Shown: positions 37,062 to 46,476 of the stretch, one piece after another | How the letters are laid out: each line of letters opens with the position of its first letter | Position numbering within the stretch: position 1 is the first letter of the stretch | Assembly (NCBI GenBank): GCA_021796115.1 | Contig: JAJYOP010000005.1 | Location: 13,039 to 77,038 of the forward strand | From: a bacterium | Lineage (GTDB): Bacteria; Omnitrophota; Gorgyraeia; Duberdicusellales; 4484-171 | Direction of reading: 5' to 3' | Length of the DNA: 64,000 bases | The notes under the pieces: model-generated | Told to the model about the DNA's origin: nothing | The model's database searches: none | What the model saw: the letters and a program-made list of their open reading frames with translations, nothing else | Translations under genes and position numbers: made by a program

Positions 37062-38693
37062 TCATTTAAAAAGATAAAAAAATAATCCGATTGCTCCAAT
37101 CAGACACCAGACTAGATAAGTAGACAATATCCCATTGTGCAAATAACGCAAAAATCTAATGATAATGAACGCAAATTTTTTAAGTAGTTCATAAATATCA
37201 AATATTTTTTCTTCTGCGAATTTATAAATATTCTTTAAAAGTGGCATCTCTTTGATGGCATTATAAAAATCCCCTATTTTTACCTCTTCTGTCGGTAACA
37301 ACTCTTCTCCTCCGATAAAAGAAGCGCTTGTGCGAACTTTTTTCTTCATTATCGAAAAAATGATTAATCCTAACACTAACCCCGCGATTATCAGGTATGT
37401 GGCAAGTTGCGGTTGCCATAGGCCGATTTCGACAAAACTCCCTGCGCTTTTTTGTATGAATTTTAAAATGGTAGAATAAGCGAAAATACCGAAAATTAAA
37501 CAAAGCAAAGAAAGAATAACCGGTGTAAATAGAAGTAATTTTCCGGCTTCTTTAACCTCCTTTTCGGGATTACCTAAAAATATTCCCGCATTCAGCTTTA
37601 AGAATGAGGCAAGCGTAAGCCCGGAGCCAATAAGCGCAAAAACCAGCGATAAAGCGATGGTGAATTTTAAAGTGAGAGAACCGGCGGAATTCATAAAATC
37701 AATTAAACCCTGGTAGACCATCCATTTGGAGATGAATCCATTTAGCGGCGGGATGCCGGAAATTGATAAAGACGCAATTAGCGTTGTAAGAAATGTTATC
37801 GGCATAAATTTGCCTAATCCGCCCAGCTTTTCGAGCTCAACCGTGCCGGAGCTTTTTTCTACATTACCGATGTTCAAAAACAGGCAGGATTTGTATATTG
37901 CATTGTTAACCATATGGAATAACCCAGCCGCAAGCCCAAGCGGTGAACCACAGCTAATGCCAAGTACCATATAGCCAACCTGGGAAACCGCATGATAACC
38001 TAAAAGCTTTTTAGCATTATGCTGGATGAGCGCCATCATTACCGCACAAATGACCGTAAGACCGCCAGCAACAAGCAGGATAATTTTTGCAATATCGTTA
38101 AGGACAAAAAAATCTTTAACGATTCTGGCCAAAAGGTAAATTCCTAAGAGTTTGTCTAAAGATGCCGGCAAGTAGGCAACCACCGGAATACTTGCTTTTT
38201 CCGCTACTTCCGGAACCCAGATATGAAACGGCATACATCCGGCTTTAGCAAAACAGCCGATAGCAATAAAAATAAAGGAAAGTAAAGAAAGAGGCGTGTT
38301 GATAAGTATAATATTTCCGGCTACAAGGGTACTTGCGGTTATGTAACTATAAATCAGAAATCCAAATAAAAGAAAGCCATCGCTCCCGCCGACAATAATG
38401 AAACTTTTTTTTGCGGCTCTGGCGATATCCTTATCAGTATAGGAGTAAAGATTGACTAACTTAAAAAGCGACATCCCGAGAAAGCCCCAGAAAATAACGA
38501 TATAGATTAAGTTAGCACTAAAAACTACCCCCAAAGAGACAATTGATGTCAGGAAAAACCAAAAGTAATACTCCAGCTTTTTGCTCTTTATAAAACCTAA
38601 AGAGTAAATGAAAATTACGGCAGTAAAGAAAATAATAAACGTGCCGACCAATTTCGAAAGCGAATCAAAAAGTAAAATATTTTTAAAGTCCAT
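37062..38693 (-). CDS. MbhH/NuoL/MrpA-like antiporter subunit
   Basis: 543 aa polytopic protein with HIWVPEVAEKASIPVVAYL and LLGYHAVSQVGYM motifs. Confidence 0.8.
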   Translation of the reverse strand: MDFKNILLFDSLSKLVGTFIIFFTAVIFIYSLGFIKSKKLEYYFWFFLTSIVSLGVVFSANLIYIVIFWGFLGMSLFKLVNLYSYTDKDIARAAKKSFIIVGGSDGFLLFGFLIYSYITASTLVAGNIILINTPLSLLSFIFIAIGCFAKAGCMPFHIWVPEVAEKASIPVVAYLPASLDKLLGIYLLARIVKDFFVLNDIAKIILLVAGGLTVICAVMMALIQHNAKKLLGYHAVSQVGYMVLGISCGSPLGLAAGLFHMVNNAIYKSCLFLNIGNVEKSSGTVELEKLGGLGKFMPITFLTTLIASLSISGIPPLNGFISKWMVYQGLIDFMNSAGSLTLKFTIALSLVFALIGSGLTLASFLKLNAGIFLGNPEKEVKEAGKLLLFTPVILSLLCLIFGIFAYSTILKFIQKSAGSFVEIGLWQPQLATYLIIAGLVLGLIIFSIMKKKVRTSASFIGGEELLPTEEVKIGDFYNAIKEMPLLKNIYKFAEEKIFDIYELLKKFAFIIIRFLRYLHNGILSTYLVWCLIGAIGLFFYLFK

Positions 38694-38739
38694 TTAACCT
38701 CGTTTTGCCGGTAGAGTACAGATAACAGAAATAAAAAAA

Positions 38740-39933
38740 TTATTTTTTATCATTGCCGTAAATTTTTTTTATTTTTTCCGTTTTTTCGATAGATAATCTA
38801 ATAAGATCCTCGCCTTTTAAGATTTTTTCTCCGGTTAGAGTGAATGCCGCGCTTCTTTCTGTGCAGCAATAACAAGGATCAACCGCGGCAAGAGTCAGCG
38901 CAGCATCTGATATTGTATAACCCGGAACAGTTACGAGATTTGTTGCAACATTTACGAATGAAGGCGCTCTGATTTTGTGGCGTACCGGCCGGTTTGTGCC
39001 ATCGCTTCGGATATAATGAAAGCACTCGCCTCTTGGTGCCTCTACCCGCCCTATGCCTTCACCTTGAGGGATATCGCGCACTTCGGTTTCAATTTCGCCT
39101 TTTGGGATTCTGTCCAAACACTGTTCAATTATCGAGCAGGATTCAATCATTTCCAGAACTCTTACTAGTAGCTTTGCGTGGATATCGCCTTCGTTTCGGG
39201 TTATGACTGACCAGCTTAGTGTATCATAGCGCGCGTATCGGTCATCTCTGCGCACGTCAATATCTATTCCGCTTGCTCTTGCCGTAGGGCCCACTGCGCC
39301 AAAGGATATACCGTCTTCTTTTTTTAATATCCCCACACCTCTGGTTCTTGTTTGAATAACCGGGTCATCCTGTATGGCTTTCTGGAACATTTTTAAAGTC
39401 GGATATAAATTCTTTATGGTTTTTCGAATTACAGGGTAAGCCTCTTCCTTAATATCACGCCTTACCCCGCCAATTTTTAGCATCGCGTAGTTTTGCCTAT
39501 TTCCGGAAATTAGTTCGAATAAATCCAAGACAGGTTCTCTGGCTTTCCAGGCCCACATCCAAATTGTGTTGTAACCGATAAAGTGTCCGGCTAAACCAAG
39601 CCATAAAAGATGCGAATGCAGCCTCTGTAATTCATCGATAATCATCCTAATGTAATTGGCTCTTTCCGGAACCTCTATCCCCAATAAATCTTCTCCGGCC
39701 AGGCAATAGGCAAAAGGATGAGAATTTGAGCATATGCCGCAGATTCTTTCAACGAGGAACGTTATCTGGTCCCAGTGCTTTTCTTCAGCGAGCTTTTCTA
39801 TCCCCCGGTGGTTATAACCAATATCAATTTCAAGCTCAACAACGTGTTCGCCTTCGACGATGAGTTTGAAAAATTCAGGTTCTTCCTGAAGCGGATGATA
39901 AGGGCCAATTGGTACGATTTTTCTTTCAGCCAT
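38740..39933 (-). CDS. Group 4 [NiFe]-hydrogenase large subunit (NuoD/MbhL-like)
   Basis: N-terminal RICGICSNSH and C-terminal DPCYCCTER Ni-Fe ligand motifs are both intact. A tail of about 37 aa follows the C-terminal motif. Confidence 0.9.
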   Translation of the reverse strand: MAERKIVPIGPYHPLQEEPEFFKLIVEGEHVVELEIDIGYNHRGIEKLAEEKHWDQITFLVERICGICSNSHPFAYCLAGEDLLGIEVPERANYIRMIIDELQRLHSHLLWLGLAGHFIGYNTIWMWAWKAREPVLDLFELISGNRQNYAMLKIGGVRRDIKEEAYPVIRKTIKNLYPTLKMFQKAIQDDPVIQTRTRGVGILKKEDGISFGAVGPTARASGIDIDVRRDDRYARYDTLSWSVITRNEGDIHAKLLVRVLEMIESCSIIEQCLDRIPKGEIETEVRDIPQGEGIGRVEAPRGECFHYIRSDGTNRPVRHKIRAPSFVNVATNLVTVPGYTISDAALTLAAVDPCYCCTERSAAFTLTGEKILKGEDLIRLSIEKTEKIKKIYGNDKK

Positions 39934-40357
39934 TTTTTCTGCTCTTCCTTAATGGAAAATCATCTTTCGGCCAATCGTCGTCAAGGAGCAAATGCTTTAA
40001 CTGGTGATGGCCAACAAAATTTATTCCCAACATTTCATGTATTTCACGTTCGACCCAGTCACTGGCTCTAAAAATTTCTACCAGCGAATCAATTTCTGGC
40101 TTATCTTTTTCCAGGAATACACGCACGCTAAAGATTTCTCCGGTTGCATCAAGCCCGAAATGGTACAGGAGCTCGAAATTAATTTCGTTATCAGCGCCGG
40201 TTATGGTCGATAAACGCATCTTTTTATCCCGGTGGAGAAATTTCGCTACAGTTTTTATATCTTTTTTGTCAATGGTAAAATAAATTCTTTTAGGATTTTT
40301 AACTATCCAGTCTCTGATTTGGTTTTCTAAATTATTTTTTATCTCGTCTTTTATCAT
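39926..40357 (-). CDS. NuoC/MbhK-like subunit
   Basis: 30-kDa-subunit-like core (ASDWVEREIHEMLGINFVGH). Confidence 0.8.
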   Translation of the reverse strand: MIKDEIKNNLENQIRDWIVKNPKRIYFTIDKKDIKTVAKFLHRDKKMRLSTITGADNEINFELLYHFGLDATGEIFSVRVFLEKDKPEIDSLVEIFRASDWVEREIHEMLGINFVGHHQLKHLLLDDDWPKDDFPLRKSRKNG

Positions 40358-40365
40358 TTTAGTAA

Positions 40366-40785
40366 TTATTTATTTACCTTATTTATAAGTTTAGCCAGCC
40401 CTGCGATAATTGCTTCCGGTCGCGGTGGGCATCCTGGAATATATAAATCTACAGGCATGATTTCATCTAATGGCGACTGCATGGAATAACTCCCCTTAAA
40501 CATGTGCATTGAGCATGGGCATATCCCCACCGCAACAATGAAGCACGGTTTTGGCGCCTGCCCGCAAACTTTCTTAAAGCGTTTGAGGGCTTTTTTGTTC
40601 ATTGCGCCGGTAACTAAAATTACATCCGCATGCCTGATACTTCCAACAAGCTGGATTCCCAATCTTTCAACGTCGAATCTTGGGGTAAGGCAATCAAGGA
40701 TTTCGATATCGCAGTTGTTGCAGGAGCCAACACTGGCATGAAACACCCATAATGATTTAGTTAAAATTTTTTCTTTTATACCCAT
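40366..40785 (-). CDS. NuoB/MbhJ-like hydrogenase small subunit
   Basis: GSCNNCDIE, GICPCS and PGCPPRPEAI cluster-N2-type motifs. Confidence 0.85.
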   Translation of the reverse strand: MGIKEKILTKSLWVFHASVGSCNNCDIEILDCLTPRFDVERLGIQLVGSIRHADVILVTGAMNKKALKRFKKVCGQAPKPCFIVAVGICPCSMHMFKGSYSMQSPLDEIMPVDLYIPGCPPRPEAIIAGLAKLINKVNK

Positions 40786-41711
40786 TATAAACCTTTTATG
40801 GCTAAAATTATACCTAATATTCCCAGCGGAAAAAGGAAAAACCAGAAAAATCCCAGAATTTCTTTTATACGCAGGCGCGGATTTATGTTTTTAATTACCG
40901 AAATTAATAAAAGAATTAGCACATATTCGATAACGAATGCCGAATATTTATGCAACGGATTATTTATTGCGATTTGCCCGAACAACGCGATTACGAATAA
41001 GGGTAGCGAAAAATAAAGCAAAGTTTTTGCGATGCGGTAAAACCCGAGAAGCGGGCCGGAATATTCAATGGCTGTTCCAGACATTATTTCTTGTTCGGCT
41101 TCTGCAGCATCAAATGGCACTATGCCGAGTTTAGCCTGGATATAGAAAAGAGCCAGGATAAAACCAATTGTGCCGGAAGCGCTTTTAAGATACATTCCGC
41201 GGTTTATCTGGTTATTTAGGATATCAGCAAGCATCAAATTACCGTTGGATTTGATTATGATAATTACCAGGCTGATTATAAATATAAATTCATAAGAAAG
41301 CATGAGCTTTGTTTCCCGTGAAGCGCCAACTAAAGCCAGCGGGTTGCGGGAACTCGATGCACCAAGAATTATGAAAAGCGAAGGGATAATTAAAAGATAA
41401 AGCATAACCAGGATATCGCCAACAAAACTTTTATCTAAAAAGTAATTTTCTGTCAACATAAGATTAAACATAAGCACCGCAGAAAATGTCAGCAGCGGCG
41501 AAAGAATAAATAAAATCTTCGATGCTCCACCAGGGATAATCGTTTCTTTCAGAAATAGCTTCAGGATATCAAGAAAAGTTTGATACCACGGCGGGCCAAC
41601 TCGGTATTGAAAGCGGGCGGTAAATTTGCGCTCCAGCCACCAGCCCATACCGCCTATAACCAGCGAAAAAATAAACCCCGGGAAAATTAAATAATTGAAC
41701 AATGCTTTCAT
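40785..41711 (-). CDS. NuoH/MbhM-like membrane subunit
   Basis: 308 aa polytopic protein with RFQYRVGPP, PFDAAEAEQE and EYSG motifs. Confidence 0.8.
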   Translation of the reverse strand: MKALFNYLIFPGFIFSLVIGGMGWWLERKFTARFQYRVGPPWYQTFLDILKLFLKETIIPGGASKILFILSPLLTFSAVLMFNLMLTENYFLDKSFVGDILVMLYLLIIPSLFIILGASSSRNPLALVGASRETKLMLSYEFIFIISLVIIIIKSNGNLMLADILNNQINRGMYLKSASGTIGFILALFYIQAKLGIVPFDAAEAEQEIMSGTAIEYSGPLLGFYRIAKTLLYFSLPLFVIALFGQIAINNPLHKYSAFVIEYVLILLLISVIKNINPRLRIKEILGFFWFFLFPLGILGIILAIKGL

Positions 41712-42202
41712 CTTTTTTTATATAAGACCCTATCGTCTAAAAACCATTTTTTCGGATGTTTTACGGCAAGGGAATCGGATACAATATAAATATTTTGTAC
41801 AATATCATCCGCAGCTATGTCTCTGATTTCGATTACATTATGCGGACAAGTTTCCATGCATAGCTTTTTATCTCTCCCGATACAGAAATCGCATTTCGAA
41901 TCAAGGAAGTCAAGGAAGTCATCAAATATAACGCCGAATGGGCAGGCAATAGCGCAGGTTTTACATGAAGTGCATAAAAATTTTGCCCGCTTGATGATTT
42001 TATTCTCATCTTTTGCCAGTGCGTTATGATAACAGGAATTTATGCAAGGCGCCTCTTCGCATCTGTGGCAAACAACTGCGAACGTTGCTAATTCCCTAAG
42101 CGAAGTTATGCCTTTGTTTTGCGGATGGTAAATGTAACCGCACTTAACTACGCACTCCAGGCATTTATCGCACTTTTCCAGGTCTAACAATAGTCTTTTC
42201 AT
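41708..42202 (-). CDS. HycB/HydN-like multi-[4Fe-4S] ferredoxin
   Basis: CDKCLECVVKC, CHRCEEAPC, CTSCKTCAIACP and CDFC..C..CP motifs. Confidence 0.75.
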   Translation of the reverse strand: MKRLLLDLEKCDKCLECVVKCGYIYHPQNKGITSLRELATFAVVCHRCEEAPCINSCYHNALAKDENKIIKRAKFLCTSCKTCAIACPFGVIFDDFLDFLDSKCDFCIGRDKKLCMETCPHNVIEIRDIAADDIVQNIYIVSDSLAVKHPKKWFLDDRVLYKKR

Positions 42203-42270
42203 GTTTATCTAATCACGAATGATTATTCCGTCCTTCATCCTTCGTTATCTCTGTTCATCTGCACTGCATA

Positions 42271-43083
42271 TCAATCCCAAATATCCCACATATCCTTAAT
42301 ATCCTGCAATTTAAAAACCGGACCGTCTTTGCAGATATAATATTTACCCAGCCGGCAATGTCCGCATTTTCCCAGGCCGCAGCTCATATTTTTTTCCATG
42401 GAAAGATAAACTTTATCTGGGGCAAAGCCTAATTCAAGTAATTTCAGGCTGACAAATTTCATCATAATCGGCGGGCCGCAGACGATACCGGTAGCGGATT
42501 TTGTATCGATAGGTAATTTATCCAGCGTCGTAGTAACTATGCCGACATTTCCTTTCCAGGTTGGCTCTGCCCTGTCAACCGTTAAACGGAACTCCACCTT
42601 CGTTTGGTCCTTAAATTCATCAAGTTGATACTTATAAATAATATCCTGCGGGCTTCTTGCGCCATAGCAGATAACTATTTTTTTAAAATCATTTATACGG
42701 GCGTAAAGCGCGTAAATTAAAGAGCGTAAAGGCGCAAGCCCGACGCCACCGCCAACAATGAGCAGCTCCTTGCCTTTAAAATCATCAAGCGGATAACCGT
42801 TTCCGTATGGACCGCGTACCCCAAGGACTTCCCCTTCTTTGGCATTGTGGAATAATTCCGTAACTCTTCCGACACGCATAATCGTTACTTCGAATTCGTC
42901 TTTTTTGTTTGGGCTGGAAGAAGGTGTAAAAGGAGCTTCGCCTGCTCCCGGATAGGTCAATTCTACGAATTGGCCGGTCTTAAACGAGAAAGATACATGG
43001 GGTTTAAAAACAAATGTCTTAATCGTGGGCGTTTCTTCGATTATTTTTATTAGGGTGACTTTATTGGGCAAATACAGGCTCAT
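42271..43083 (-). CDS. FAD/NAD(P)-binding oxidoreductase with a C-terminal [2Fe-2S] (sulfhydrogenase gamma / AsrB / PyrK-like)
   Basis: FNR-like fold (GQFVEL, LLIVGGGVGLAPL) and CGLGKCGHCRLG motif. Confidence 0.8.
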   Translation of the reverse strand: MSLYLPNKVTLIKIIEETPTIKTFVFKPHVSFSFKTGQFVELTYPGAGEAPFTPSSSPNKKDEFEVTIMRVGRVTELFHNAKEGEVLGVRGPYGNGYPLDDFKGKELLIVGGGVGLAPLRSLIYALYARINDFKKIVICYGARSPQDIIYKYQLDEFKDQTKVEFRLTVDRAEPTWKGNVGIVTTTLDKLPIDTKSATGIVCGPPIMMKFVSLKLLELGFAPDKVYLSMEKNMSCGLGKCGHCRLGKYYICKDGPVFKLQDIKDMWDIWD

Positions 43084-43086
43084 GTT

Positions 43087-44115
43087 TTAGTGTTTCTGGT
43101 TTTTGTCAAGTGTTGCAAATATTTTTCTTAAGTCAATCTTTGCCGGGCAATCTTCGACACAGCGGCCGCATCCGGTGCAGGCGTAAGTGTTTATCCGGCT
43201 AGGAAAAAACTCGAATTTTTTTATATATCTATTTCGCAGTCTATATTCGCGAAACCGTAAGGCACTCGCTCCGCCTGCCACACGGGTAAAATTCTTATAT
43301 TGGCAGCCATCCCAAATTCTGCCTTTAAAATAACCATTTTCATCTTTTGTATCGAAGAGAAGAAAACAATGACAAGTCGGGCAATTCATGATGCAAGCTC
43401 CGCATTCTACACAGCGCAACGCTTCACTCGGCCACACCCCATCACCGTACCCATTTTTCATTAAGTCATAGAGTAATTCTTTTTGAGGAAAATTTAACTG
43501 GCTTACCTGAAGGGTTAATTTTTTTACAATGTCACTTCTTTTTCTCTCATGTTCTTCGCGCATTTGCCAGGTAATATCTTTGAAAAGATCTTTATTTTCC
43601 GCTACGATTTTTTCTCCCCTATCCGAACCAATTCTTACGGCATAACCATTTTCAGCTGGTGAGATATTTAAATCAAAAAGTTCTTCCGGGTAAGGCTTGA
43701 TTCCGAATGCCAGACAGAAACATGTTTCTTTAATGGCTGTGCAGTCAGATGAGATAATGAGGTTTTGCTGTCTCATTTTTTTATAATTTTCATCAACATC
43801 TCCTTCAAGGAATACGTAATCCTGGACTTTTAAGGCATTGCTCAAATCGCACGCTTTTGCACCTACGATGCAAAACGGCTTAGAATTTTCAGTTTTTGTT
43901 TTAAAATAGTCGCCTATAGGCTCAACAGCCGAAGTCAAAAATTGACGAATGGAAGTAACAGCGCGGTAATTATTAAATGCAAAATTCCCTGTATAACTTT
44001 GCCAGAAATAATTTTTTTTCGTTTCAGCAGGAAAGAATACCTGGTAAGCTTTCGTGAGGTTATTAAGCAATTTAAGAAAATTATTGCTCTCTATAAAATC
44101 AAGGGTGTGGTTCAT
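43087..44115 (-). CDS. Fe-S subunit resembling sulfhydrogenase beta / AsrA
   Basis: CVECGACIMNCPTCHCF and CTGCGRCVEDCP motifs; 342 aa; directly precedes the AsrB-like gene. Confidence 0.75.
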   Translation of the reverse strand: MNHTLDFIESNNFLKLLNNLTKAYQVFFPAETKKNYFWQSYTGNFAFNNYRAVTSIRQFLTSAVEPIGDYFKTKTENSKPFCIVGAKACDLSNALKVQDYVFLEGDVDENYKKMRQQNLIISSDCTAIKETCFCLAFGIKPYPEELFDLNISPAENGYAVRIGSDRGEKIVAENKDLFKDITWQMREEHERKRSDIVKKLTLQVSQLNFPQKELLYDLMKNGYGDGVWPSEALRCVECGACIMNCPTCHCFLLFDTKDENGYFKGRIWDGCQYKNFTRVAGGASALRFREYRLRNRYIKKFEFFPSRINTYACTGCGRCVEDCPAKIDLRKIFATLDKNQKH

Positions 44116-44122
44116 GTTTATA

Positions 44123-44138
44123 TGTGAATTTTTTCACA
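44123..44138. promoter_or_regulatory. Perfect TGTGA-N6-TCACA palindrome (CRP/FNR-family half-sites) 8 nt upstream of the first hydrogenase-operon ATG
   Basis: + strand reads tgtga-attttt-tcaca at 44123-44138. Confidence 0.4.
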
Positions 44139-44168
44139 ATTAAAGTTAAAATAAAAATAAACTTTTAC

Positions 44169-44196
44169 AGTATAACAGTGAATGGCTTTTTGTCAA
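44169..44196 (-). promoter_or_regulatory. Sigma70-type promoter of the hydrogenase operon
   Basis: On the minus strand, TTGACA (44196-44191), a 16-nt spacer, then TATACT (44174-44169). Confidence 0.45.
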
Positions 44197-44205
44197 GACT
44201 AGCGC

Positions 44206-45399
44206 TTATTGGACCGGAGTTTTTTCAAGGACATCTCTCTGAAGCTTCAGAGCATTTTCGATATCTTCGGGCGTGACATAGCCTAAGTCTTTAAGGATTT
44301 CGCCAAGAATGACCCCTCTCTTCCAGTGCGTCGTTAATGCGTTGTCAAGCTGCTCATCTGATATTTTTTTGTGTTCAAGCAAGATTTGGCCAAGCGGCCG
44401 ATAGTAATTTATGAACAAATTTTCTTTTTTGTATACCTGCAAATCCGAAGTGTCGCCCGAGGTTGTTCTTCTGTCAGCCATGAATTTGCTTCCCGGAACA
44501 CTTTTTAAATAGCGTTTTATTTCCGCAATACGCTCGTTTATTTCAACGGTATTTTTAAACTCATGGGGCTTGTTTTTGTTAACAAGAGCAACGGTTACGC
44601 TCATTAAAGGCATTCTTTGTATTTGTTTTAACCGGTTACGGGCAATGACAAAATTCTGCTCACGGTCTTTTTTTGTATAATGAAATGGAATCAGATTGTC
44701 GAATAAAAAAATAAAATGCCGGCAAATTTCCTTGTATTTTTCCGGTGTTGTTATAAATACGAAATCATCCCCTCCAATATGACCGATAAAGTCATCATTA
44801 CTGCTGAATTTTTTAATTACAGTATAAAGAATATAAGCGGTCTGCATGAGAACCCTATCCCCTTTTATATAACCATACACATCATTAAAGTATTTAAAAT
44901 TATCGATATCAATATGCGCAAAGGCAAAACAAGAATCCTTCTCGATTTTTTCCTTGAGAATATCTTCAATAAGGCGACCGCCCGGCAATCCGGTAAGCGG
45001 GCTTGAGTAGAAACTATATTGTGAGCGCTTTATGGCAATTTCTATGCGTGTTCTTAAATCAAGAGGATCCGGAGGCTTTATAAGATAATCGTCTACGCCT
45101 TGTTTTAAAGTAAGAAGCTGCTCGCGCAGATGACCTTTATCGATGAGGGTGATAATCGGGATAAGAGCGGTAATAAAATCTTCTTTCAGCTTCCGGCATA
45201 TCTCAAGATGAGGTTTCGTTGCGGAATGAACATCGATAATTATGGCATCAGGAGAAATTTTTTTAATTACCACGATATCATCTATACGTGGTTCGTGTAT
45301 GAAGACTTCATAGCCCCATCCGTCAAAACAAAAATGTAAAATGTCACGCAGGTGCTTATCGGTGGTTATTATCAGGAGGCGCCTTACTCGCTTTTGCAT
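44206..45399 (-). CDS. Response-regulator receiver + degenerate GGDEF (GGDDF) + C-terminal MshEN/GspE_N-like domain
   Basis: REC N-terminus (LLIITTD..DAIIIDV). GGDEF fold with HIGGDDFVFI. C-terminus PLGQILLEHKKISDEQLDNALTTH and ILGEILKDLGYVTPEDIENALKLQ. Confidence 0.75.
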   Translation of the reverse strand: MQKRVRRLLIITTDKHLRDILHFCFDGWGYEVFIHEPRIDDIVVIKKISPDAIIIDVHSATKPHLEICRKLKEDFITALIPIITLIDKGHLREQLLTLKQGVDDYLIKPPDPLDLRTRIEIAIKRSQYSFYSSPLTGLPGGRLIEDILKEKIEKDSCFAFAHIDIDNFKYFNDVYGYIKGDRVLMQTAYILYTVIKKFSSNDDFIGHIGGDDFVFITTPEKYKEICRHFIFLFDNLIPFHYTKKDREQNFVIARNRLKQIQRMPLMSVTVALVNKNKPHEFKNTVEINERIAEIKRYLKSVPGSKFMADRRTTSGDTSDLQVYKKENLFINYYRPLGQILLEHKKISDEQLDNALTTHWKRGVILGEILKDLGYVTPEDIENALKLQRDVLEKTPVQ

Positions 45400-45435
45400 A
45401 AAAATATTATATCACTTCTTTTTGAAAAGTTGCAT

Positions 45436-46476
45436 TTACTTTTCAAAAGGTGCTTTAAGAATTGATAAAGCAATTTCTAAAACTTCCTGGGGAGTTATGT
45501 TTTTCAGGCAAACAAAATTTTTCTTACAATTATGCGCAAGACATTTTACTTCTTCGCAGCCTTTATGGAGATAAAATGATTTTCTTCCAAGCGGCATCCA
45601 GCGTTTCGGAGATAGCCCCGGATCGTTTCTCCCAAAGATAGAAATAACCGGTATATCCAGGCTGGCCGCAATATGCACCGGTCCGGAATCGTTAGATATG
45701 AATAATTTTGCCTGTTTAAGAAGGGATGCCGTATCCGATAAGCTTAGAGTTTCGCTTAAATCGATAATCTCATTTTCCCGGCGCAAATTTTCCAGGAAGT
45801 CGCGTTTTTGTTCGTCAATTATTATAATTTTTAGGCTGGTTTTTTGTTTTAATAATCCGATAAGTTCTACGAAGTATTCCTTGGGCCAGCGTTTCGAAAT
45901 GCAGGATGCCCATGGATGCATGACAAGGAACCCCCTATTTTCGATGCCGGCATTTTTGAGAAGCGCTTCAATTTTTTGTTCCGAAGATTTTTTTAAGGGG
46001 AAATATGTCTGTCTATCCGTAGCGCTGATTCCTGTTGCGCGCAAGATATCAAGAGTATATTCAAGTTCGTGTTTCTTGCCTTCGTGCTTTGTGTCTTCAA
46101 TTTTATGGCTCAAAAATCTACCCATTTTTCTATTTAAACCTACTCTTGTTGGAATACCGGCGAAAAATGTAATCAAATTGGCGCGGCTCGAAGGATTTAA
46201 AATAAATGCGATGTCAAATTTCTTTTTGCGCAGGAAAAAACAAAAGTTAATTGAAGAAAAAATACTTTTATGTTTGTTATTTTTATCGTAAACGATAATT
46301 TCGTTTAAATAGGGATTGCTTTCTACGATCTCTTTAGTATATGGGCGCAACATAAACGCTATGTGTGCGTCAGGATATGCAAGGCGTAAGTTCTTAATTA
46401 CCGGAGTAGATAGAATTACATCACCAATCCTGTCCGTCCGTACTATAAGTATCTTTTTAATTTCTTTTTTTAGCAT
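45436..46476 (-). CDS. Glycosyltransferase family 9 (LPS heptosyltransferase-like)
   Basis: ILIVRTDRIGDVILSTPVI N-terminus and SNDSGPVHIAA motif. Confidence 0.8.
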   Translation of the reverse strand: MLKKEIKKILIVRTDRIGDVILSTPVIKNLRLAYPDAHIAFMLRPYTKEIVESNPYLNEIIVYDKNNKHKSIFSSINFCFFLRKKKFDIAFILNPSSRANLITFFAGIPTRVGLNRKMGRFLSHKIEDTKHEGKKHELEYTLDILRATGISATDRQTYFPLKKSSEQKIEALLKNAGIENRGFLVMHPWASCISKRWPKEYFVELIGLLKQKTSLKIIIIDEQKRDFLENLRRENEIIDLSETLSLSDTASLLKQAKLFISNDSGPVHIAASLDIPVISIFGRNDPGLSPKRWMPLGRKSFYLHKGCEEVKCLAHNCKKNFVCLKNITPQEVLEIALSILKAPFEK

